Below are positions 57,857 through 64,000 of a DNA stretch of 64,000 nt, piece after piece. Position 1 is the first letter of the stretch, and each line of letters starts with the position of its first letter. This DNA is from an uncultured Gammaproteobacteria bacterium (GTDB lineage: Bacteria; Patescibacteriota; Microgenomatia; UBA8517), in contig CAZIPM010000004.1 of assembly GCA_964541395.1 (NCBI GenBank), forward strand, positions 1,188 to 65,187. Direction: 5' to 3'. The notes under the pieces were generated by a model, which worked only from the letters and a program-made list of their open reading frames with translations, did not search any database and had not been told where the DNA came from. A program made the translations under genes and the position numbers.

Positions 57857-58150
57857 TTAGATTTGACCTGCAGCTTTTCTTTGAAGTTCTTGGTATCTTA
57901 CTAGTTCCATTGGATTGTAGTTCCCCCCACTAATTTTCTGGCTAAATCGAACCATAGTTAATGCCTCATCCTTAGTAAGATTAGGATAAAATGCCGACCT
58001 TCCATCTTTTCCAGGATCTGCTTGTAACAATCCAATCTCTTCAGCAACTGTTAGTCTTCGTTCTACGATTCTTTCTCCCCCAAAACCTGCTTGATTAGGT
58101 ACATCATTCATATTACAGGGTATTTTACTTCTTCTTCTTCTTCTTGTCAA
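57857..58150 (-). CDS. hypothetical protein
   Basis: 97-aa ORF, start uncertain. Confidence 0.45.
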   Translation of the reverse strand: MTRRRRRSKIPCNMNDVPNQAGFGGERIVERRLTVAEEIGLLQADPGKDGRSAFYPNLTKDEALTMVRFSQKISGGNYNPMELVRYQELQRKAAGQI

Positions 58151-58188
58151 CTTCCGAAAAACAATTCAATTGGTTATAATGCTTCTAT

Positions 58189-58632
58189 ATGAAGAAACTG
58201 CCCAACAACATAGCTTCACTGGTGATTATTCTGATAAGTATTTTAACTATGTTTTTATTTTCCAGAACGTTAGCATATTTAGTTTTGGTTGAAGAATCCT
58301 TGCCCAAATTTCTGTTTTTAGACTTAAATGGTTTTAGACTTCATCATTTTGTCTATGGCAATATCCTAATAACAATTACCAGTTTTTTGGCAATTGGCTT
58401 GGGGATTCAAAAGCACAAAAAACTTTTTGCATTGTTTTATGGAATTGGGTTAGGGATGGTTTTGGATGAGTTTCTGCTTTGGGTAGGGGACATTAATCAG
58501 CTGCAAAATGATGTTTTGTGGATTCCTTATTCTATAACCGCAGTAGCCATTGTGACATTTTTAATAGCTTCAATTATTATGTTTAGATTATACAAACTTC
58601 ATAAAATAAAAGTGTTCGGTAGGAAGAGATAA
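58189..58632 (+). CDS. membrane protein with HH motif
   Basis: LHHFVYG...YGIGLG..LDE. Confidence 0.8.
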   Translation: MKKLPNNIASLVIILISILTMFLFSRTLAYLVLVEESLPKFLFLDLNGFRLHHFVYGNILITITSFLAIGLGIQKHKKLFALFYGIGLGMVLDEFLLWVGDINQLQNDVLWIPYSITAVAIVTFLIASIIMFRLYKLHKIKVFGRKR

Positions 58633-58664
58633 AAAATCTTAAATTTGATATAATCCAGAAACTG

Positions 58665-58737
58665 GGCCCGGTAACTCAGTGGTCAGAGTGCCGTCCTTAT
58701 AAGACGGAAGTCGATGGTTCGAGCCCATCCCGGGCCA
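58665..58737 (+). tRNA. tRNA-Ile(UAU)
   Basis: Full cloverleaf: GGCCCGG/CCGGGCC, CCGTC-CTTATAA-GACGG, GATGG-TTCGAGC-CCATC, discriminator A; no encoded CCA. Confidence 0.93.
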
Positions 58738-58741
58738 CATT

Positions 58742-59473
58742 ATGCTATTAAAAATTACATCAAAGACTTCTCTTCAAGAAATAGTCACCTATATACAAAA
58801 CATTCGTGAAGAAAAAGGGAAGGAAAAAGAAGTACTTAAAACAATAAATGAGTCACTAAGATTTGGTCACGATTTTATAATCAACCTTTTCTGGGAAGAA
58901 GCACTGACATACCAGCATATTTATATGTCTGACTCATCAAACACTTCTGCTTTATCTCAAATGGAGAACACAGTAATAAAAGCCAAGTTTTATATAGAAA
59001 AATATAAATTAATAAAGTGGAACAGCAGGCTTTATAGATTTTTAGGTAGGATTTGTGACTACAAAAAACAATTTAACAAGGCAGTTTTTTATTATAAAAA
59101 GGCAGTAAGACTTGTTAAGTCAGACTATGAGCCTTGGAGAATACTCGAGCTGGAAGGATTTTTGTCACACAGTCTAATTATGTCAGGAAAACACACTCAA
59201 GGGATGAAAATTTTTAAATCGGTCCATAATAAATTTTTAGATTCAAAAATAGGAAAATTTTTATATAAAGTAGACCACAACACATGGGCAATTTGGTTAA
59301 GTGGCATAGTTATAAGAACAATAAATGCAGTAATAGACAAAAAACTCAAGCTTAATTCAGAAGAAACTAAAGCCTGGATAAGTTTGGTTGAAGAAGAAAT
59401 TAGCCAAAAGAATAAATTTGAATATAGAAGAGAAGAGCTGGAAAGACTTAAATCTAGATTAATGCTGAATTAA
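58742..59473 (+). CDS. helical (TPR-like) hypothetical protein
   Basis: YRFLGRI...F.KA..YY.KA pattern. Confidence 0.7.
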   Translation: MLLKITSKTSLQEIVTYIQNIREEKGKEKEVLKTINESLRFGHDFIINLFWEEALTYQHIYMSDSSNTSALSQMENTVIKAKFYIEKYKLIKWNSRLYRFLGRICDYKKQFNKAVFYYKKAVRLVKSDYEPWRILELEGFLSHSLIMSGKHTQGMKIFKSVHNKFLDSKIGKFLYKVDHNTWAIWLSGIVIRTINAVIDKKLKLNSEETKAWISLVEEEISQKNKFEYRREELERLKSRLMLN

Positions 59474-59474
59474 A

Positions 59475-59702
59475 ATGGATAATCAAAATTGGATACAGCT
59501 GAGTAAATCAGAAAAACTAAAGGAGCTAAAAGTAAAAAGAGATGAATATAGAATCAGGATAAATGAATTGTATAAAAACTTCAGAGGAGTAAAGCATGAG
59601 AATTCATTATCTGAACTTCGTTACTCTGAGATAAAAGTAAAAGAAGATATGCTGGGATCAGTTCTCAGAGAAATTAAAACTTTGGAAGAAAGTACCGAAT
59701 AA
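59475..59702 (+). CDS. small coiled-coil protein
   Basis: 75 aa, charged heptads. Confidence 0.65.
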   Translation: MDNQNWIQLSKSEKLKELKVKRDEYRIRINELYKNFRGVKHENSLSELRYSEIKVKEDMLGSVLREIKTLEESTE

Positions 59703-59706
59703 CTCT

Positions 59707-60570
59707 TTATAATTCAGTCAGCAATTGTTTTTTACCAGGTTCTTTTACTCCTGCAAGTTCCAAATATCTTTCTGTAGTAGAAAGTCTTTTGTGGCCTGAA
59801 ACCTGAGAAATAAGTACCAAATCTACCTCATTTTTAATATTTTCAACAATAAAAGTAGTTCGAAGATCATTGACCGAGTATTTTGGAAGTTCAGCTTTTT
59901 GAATAAATCTGTCAACAGCTGCCCTTATATTTCTGACTGCAAGCGGTTTTCCGGTTTTACTAACAAAAACATAGGGCGAATCTACTTTTGGCCTCTGCGG
60001 AATATACGTTTCGAGTGCAGCCTTGGCAAACTTATTAAGGGGAATTGATCTTGCCGGTTGTGTGGCATAGCTGTCAATTTTTAATACGTCTCCATCCATA
60101 TCCGAAATTTTAAGAGAAGCCACCTCGGATATACGAAGACCTGTTTGTAATATCAACTCGATAATTGCCGAGATTCTATTATCTCCTCTAACTGCATCTC
60201 TTAGAGCTCTGTATTCCAAAGGTGTCAAAAATTTTGGTTGGCTTGATTCTATTTTGGGGTGGGTGACTGCCTTAGAAGGGTCAGAAGTGGAATTGCCACT
60301 TTGGACTAAATATCTAAAGAAAGTCTTGACTGCATTCAGCTTTCTGGATACAGACTTTGGGGTATATTTTTGAGACAACAGAGCATCCCTGAATGTGTCA
60401 AGATGGGTCGAAGTTATCTGATCAGCCGTAGCTATATTATTTTTGGTTAGAAACTCCACTAACTGGTCTAAATCTGATTTATATGCCAAAATTGTGGCTG
60501 GAGAGCGATGTTTTTCTTCTAAACTGGAGATAAACTTCGGTACCAGGCTTTTAATTGTGTCTTGTGTCAT
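59707..60570 (-). CDS. XerC/D-like tyrosine recombinase
   Basis: SAM-like N domain, TGLRISE, NDLR, SGH, TERY. Confidence 0.9.
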   Translation of the reverse strand: MTQDTIKSLVPKFISSLEEKHRSPATILAYKSDLDQLVEFLTKNNIATADQITSTHLDTFRDALLSQKYTPKSVSRKLNAVKTFFRYLVQSGNSTSDPSKAVTHPKIESSQPKFLTPLEYRALRDAVRGDNRISAIIELILQTGLRISEVASLKISDMDGDVLKIDSYATQPARSIPLNKFAKAALETYIPQRPKVDSPYVFVSKTGKPLAVRNIRAAVDRFIQKAELPKYSVNDLRTTFIVENIKNEVDLVLISQVSGHKRLSTTERYLELAGVKEPGKKQLLTEL

Positions 60571-60673
60571 AATATATTCTTATATTGCAGCAGGTTGTAA
60601 GTATTATACAGTGAATAGAAAAATAGTCAACATTATAGGTTCGAAGCAAAATAGGGTTAGATTAAGTTCAAAA

Positions 60674-61093
60674 ATGTCTGTAAATAATATCAAAAATTAT
60701 GCTTTTTCCAAAAGAGAAGGTGAGACTAAACCAAGTTTCTCAGCCTCTCTCCAAAAAGCTGCAGCAGTTATTTTCTTGCTAATCCTTCTTGGATCATTAC
60801 TTAAAAGTATGCAACGTGCAAAAAACGCTGAAAGTTTAATAGAAAAGTCACAGGCAAAGCTTGATAAAACAAAACAGGAAGAAAAAGAACTTCAATCAAA
60901 GTTGGAAATGACTCAAAGTGAGGCTTTTATTGAAGAACAACTTAGGGATAAATTGGGATTGGCCAAAGAAGGAGAAATTATACTTGTTTTACCTGATGAT
61001 GAAACATTAAGAAAATTAGCTCCAATTATGCCTAAAGAAGAAAAAGTTAAACCTAAGCCAAATTACATAAAATGGCTAGAGTTGTTTATATAG
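60674..61093 (+). CDS. ftsB: septum formation initiator DivIC/FtsB (start revised to 60674)
   Basis: TM, coiled coil, IEEQLRDKLGLAKEGE. Confidence 0.85.
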   Translation: MSVNNIKNYAFSKREGETKPSFSASLQKAAAVIFLLILLGSLLKSMQRAKNAESLIEKSQAKLDKTKQEEKELQSKLEMTQSEAFIEEQLRDKLGLAKEGEIILVLPDDETLRKLAPIMPKEEKVKPKPNYIKWLELFI

Positions 61094-61131
61094 CAAGAAA
61101 GACTTAGATTCATTTATATACATCATGCTTG

Positions 61132-61205
61132 TGCCAGCGAGAGGGATTGAACCTCTGACCTCAGCGTTATGATTGCCGCGCTCTAACCAACTGAGCTACG
61201 CTGGC
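61132..61205 (-). tRNA. tRNA-Met(CAU), elongator-like
   Basis: GCCAGCG/CGCTGGC, GCTC/GAGC D stem, CGGCA-ATCATAA-CGCTG, AGAGG-TTCAATC-CCTCT. Confidence 0.88.
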
Positions 61206-61879
61206 CTATTTCAGATAATGCGTTTATCTGAGCCATGATTTTATAACAAAGTTCACCAGGTTTCAAAACTTTAATTCTAAGAGTGCCATAATGTTCATTG
61301 AAATTTTCGTATACTTTATGTAATTTCACCTTTTTAAAACTAGTTTTTCTAAACTGTGAGAGTGGAATATTTATTAAGTTTGACCAATACAATTTAACTA
61401 TATCCTCTCTTTTTTTATGTATTTCATTAATTCCTAATGTCGCTGATAAGCGATTTTTATTAATTCCATAGCAATTATTTAACCAATGAATTAAAAAATT
61501 AATTAACTTAGGATCAGAATTACAAATACTAACTTCTCTTCTTGTCTTTGATCCTTCTCCCCAATATAGACAAAGCCCTGATAGCAATAACTCCCTGTTT
61601 TTTAAGGATTTTAGGTCTGATAAGGCGAGTCGCTTATATGTTTCTTCAAGTCTAATTCTTCGTTGCTTTTGCATTAAAGCGCCTTTTTAGTCTGCCCAAT
61701 TCTGTTCCAACTATCCAATTTCTTCGAATCTTTTCTAATTGTTCAACTGTTAATATAATGTCTCTTACCCATAAACTTACAGTGCTTTTTGCCACACCAA
61801 GCTCTGTAGCTATGGTTTTTACACTAACTCCCTTTCTTCTTAACTCTCTAGCCTTAATTTTTTGTTGAGTTTTAGCCAT
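61183..61879 (-). pseudogene. HTH plus LAGLIDADG-like endonuclease gene with a +1 frameshift
   Basis: N-terminal HTH (IATELGVAKSTVSLW), GLCLYWGEGSK, NSDP; extra A in run 61684-61688 (697 nt = 3n+1). Confidence 0.75.
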
Positions 61880-61927
61880 ACCAGCGGTATGTATATAATC
61901 CTTTAATTATCCAGTGGTTCGAACTTG

Positions 61928-61973
61928 TTGTCAAATAGGTATTACTAAGATATAATCACACTTGTTCTTTACA
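61928..61973 (+). promoter_or_regulatory. tRNA promoter and boxA-like element
   Basis: TTGTCA-17-TATAAT; TGTTCTTTACA at 61963-61973. Confidence 0.65.
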
Positions 61974-61980
61974 TATTACA

Positions 61981-62264
61981 TGCGGGGTAGTGTACGGCTG
62001 CACGCAAGGCTTAACAAAATGGGCCACTCTGATTTTCATTAATCAGGTGAAACTTAGCTGTATCGGGGAACTCCTTATTAAAAAGGACAATCCCGAGGCA
62101 ATCCTTTAGAGTTATTATGAATAACTTGCAGGGCGAGTCCGTAGAGACTAAACGCTAAGGCATGGTTTTATTAAACCTAGCAAGATATAGTCCGGCACTC
62201 CTAGTAATTGGAGATTACAGAAATGCATAATCTTGCAGGCTGGGTTCAACTCCCAGCCCCGCAA
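61981..62264 (+). tRNA. intron-split tRNA-Met(CAU), initiator-like; exons 61981-62011 and 62226-62264
   Basis: Spliced: TGCGGGG/CCCCGCA, CAAGG-CT^CATAA-TCTTG, CTGGG-TTCAACT-CCCAG. Confidence 0.88.
62012..62225 (+). ncRNA. group I intron (214 nt, ORF-less)
   Basis: P1 GGCU/GGCC with U.G, P3 CTTAGC/GCTAAG, P4 TCGGG/CCCGA, R GTAGAGACTA, S AAGATATAGTCC, terminal G. Confidence 0.92.
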
Positions 62265-62272
62265 CACAAAGT

Positions 62273-62299
62273 AAAATCCGCCAGAAATGGCGGATTTTT
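62273..62299 (+). terminator. rho-independent terminator
   Basis: AAAATCCGCCA-GAAA-TGGCGGATTTTT. Confidence 0.85.
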
Positions 62300-62327
62300 A
62301 TGTTTTAAGTTAAACTATTAAATAATC

Positions 62328-63311
62328 ATGAAAAAAAGAGTTTTATCAGGAATAAGGGCAACAGGAAGGCTTCATTTAGGAAACTATTTGGGAGCAGTGA
62401 AAGGTATGCTTGAATTGTCCAACAACCCTGAATACGAAACATTGTATATGGTTGCGGATTTGCACACTTTAACTACTCCTTACAATCCTAAGCAATTAAA
62501 GGAAAACACAAGGAATATAGTTTTAGATTATTTATCGGCAGGCCTGGATCCTGAAAAATCCACAATTTTTATTCAGTCTCAGGTTTCAGAACATACCGAA
62601 CTTTTTTATTTACTTTCAACAGTAGTTAGTTTGGCAAGAATGATGCACCTACCTACATATAAAGATAAATTAAGACAATATCCCCAGGACTCGACAATAG
62701 CACTTCTTAATTATCCGGTTCTCATGGCTTCGGACATTTTGATTTATAAAGCTAGCCTTGTTCCTGTAGGAATTGATCAGGAACCGCACTTGGAAGTTGC
62801 TAGGGAGATTGCCAGGAAAATGAATGAAATATACGGTACCAAATTCCCTGAACCTATTCGTTTTGCTACCAGAGGGGAATATGTACCTTCTCTAACAGGC
62901 GAGGGTAAAATGAGTAAGTCTGTTGAAGGAAGTTTTATCCCCCTAACGGATTCATTGGAAGAGATAAAGAAAAAATTAGCAAGTGCACCAACCGATTCAG
63001 GTAAAGGCGATACAGTCCCAAAAACAGGAGGAGTAGCCAATTTATTTAAATTTGTAGAACTTTTTCAGGGTACTGAAAAGCGTAAAGAATTGGAGAAAGT
63101 TTATGTTAATGAAGGAGTAAGATACTCAGATATAAAATTGGAGTTGGCAAAGTCAATATTTAAAGAATTACAACCAATCCAAGAAAAAAGGAAAGAATTG
63201 GAACACAAAACTAGTTATGTGGATGAAGTAATTTCCCAAGGAGCGGAAAAGGCAAGAAAAATTGCAAAAGATACAGTAGCTGAAGTCAAAGAAAAAATGG
63301 GGTTAATTTAA
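62328..63311 (+). CDS. trpS: tryptophanyl-tRNA synthetase
   Basis: HLGNY, YPVLMASDIL, VPVGIDQ, KMSKS. Confidence 0.97.
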   Translation: MKKRVLSGIRATGRLHLGNYLGAVKGMLELSNNPEYETLYMVADLHTLTTPYNPKQLKENTRNIVLDYLSAGLDPEKSTIFIQSQVSEHTELFYLLSTVVSLARMMHLPTYKDKLRQYPQDSTIALLNYPVLMASDILIYKASLVPVGIDQEPHLEVAREIARKMNEIYGTKFPEPIRFATRGEYVPSLTGEGKMSKSVEGSFIPLTDSLEEIKKKLASAPTDSGKGDTVPKTGGVANLFKFVELFQGTEKRKELEKVYVNEGVRYSDIKLELAKSIFKELQPIQEKRKELEHKTSYVDEVISQGAEKARKIAKDTVAEVKEKMGLI

Positions 63312-63322
63312 AAATTATAAAT

Positions 63323-63673
63323 ATGGATCAAATTTCAATTGATGATTTTCAGAAAGTAGATATTAGAATCGGAACTGTTTTAGAAGCTACTGTTCCTGAG
63401 TGGAGCCATTGGGTCATTAAGATTAAAGCTGATCTGGGAGAAGAGTTTGGAACCAAAACCGCTTTCTCAGGAATAATGAAATTCTTCAAACCCGAAGATC
63501 TTATCGGTAAACAATTCCCCTTTGTAGTAAACCTCACTCCTAAAACAATAGGACCAGACAAAGAATTATCAGAAGTAATGATGATTATGGCCATTCCTAA
63601 AGATGATGAAGAAACAGCTCCTATTCTTTTCAATCTCCCTGAAAAAGTTGCAAATGGAACTAAAGTTCGATAA
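63323..63673 (+). CDS. tRNA-binding OB-fold protein (Trbp111/CsaA/MetRS C-terminal type)
   Basis: ISIDDFQKVDIRIG...VVNL.P...SEVM. Confidence 0.88.
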   Translation: MDQISIDDFQKVDIRIGTVLEATVPEWSHWVIKIKADLGEEFGTKTAFSGIMKFFKPEDLIGKQFPFVVNLTPKTIGPDKELSEVMMIMAIPKDDEETAPILFNLPEKVANGTKVR

Positions 63674-63709
63674 TTCTATGCTTAAAATTTATGTTATACT
63701 CTTCTTCGT

Positions 63710-64000
63710 ATGAAGCCATTTGCTAATAACAATTCCTCAAAAGATAAAGGTCTTAAAAAGAAACAAGTAACTGTAAAGATGAAAGTTAATGTTTGGAGTG
63801 TTGTCTTTGCCATACTCGCTTTAGTATTTTTACTCCCGGGTATTATTGCCTTTTTTGGCATTTCCTCAACAGGGAACAAGCTTGATCTTTCAACTGCAAT
63901 TAATGATATAAAAGAAGATAAAGTTGATAAAGTAAATGTCGAAACCGACAAAATAGTCTTAAACTATAAAAATGGGGAGATAAAGTACACCTTCAAGGAA
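63710..64000 (+). CDS. ftsH: probable FtsH N-terminus, truncated by window end
   Basis: Open to window end; TM helix then LSTAINDIKEDKVDKVNV extracellular-domain pattern; AAA domain not visible. Confidence 0.6.
   Translation, partial: MKPFANNNSSKDKGLKKKQVTVKMKVNVWSVVFAILALVFLLPGIIAFFGISSTGNKLDLSTAINDIKEDKVDKVNVETDKIVLNYKNGEIKYTFKE

Noticed and set aside
60443-60673. Long N-terminal extension of FtsB
   Set aside because: Overlaps the divergent recombinase gene; ATG 60674 gives a typical length
1-64000. CRISPR array, rRNA, IS element or alternative genetic code
   Set aside because: No spaced repeat array, rRNA-like tract or transposase seen; core genes are intact under code 11 and TGA ends genes such as gap

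Overview
AT-rich, gene-dense bacterial window. Gene content suggests a Patescibacteria/CPR genome, probably Microgenomates (inference). Layout: (1) 1-6.2 kb accessory island ending in four co-oriented GGAG(C/T)A-cored sites that separate single genes and each start an orphan minus-strand peptide tail; (2) small membrane and stress genes; (3) a glycolysis/pentose phosphate cluster (archaeal-type tpiA, rpiB, pgk, gap, split tkt, class I fba, pfkB, gyaR) interleaved with toxin-antitoxin modules; (4) a 31-36 kb accessory unit with a winged-helix regulator divergent from Shine-Dalgarno-led, boxA-leader genes; (5) two class A PBPs and an RnlA-like HEPN gene; (6) nrdR-nrdJ-pduO with tandem NrdR boxes and a LAGLIDADG intein ending in atypical Phe-Asp; (7) a VirD4-like ATPase, a Xer-like recombinase and ftsB; (8) three unusual tRNAs: Ile(UAU), Met(CAU) overlapped by a frameshifted HTH-LAGLIDADG-like gene, and an initiator-like Met(CAU) split by a 214-nt group I intron; then trpS and the start of ftsH. 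No rRNA, CRISPR array or transposase was recognised. All calls come from motif reading by eye, without database searches.
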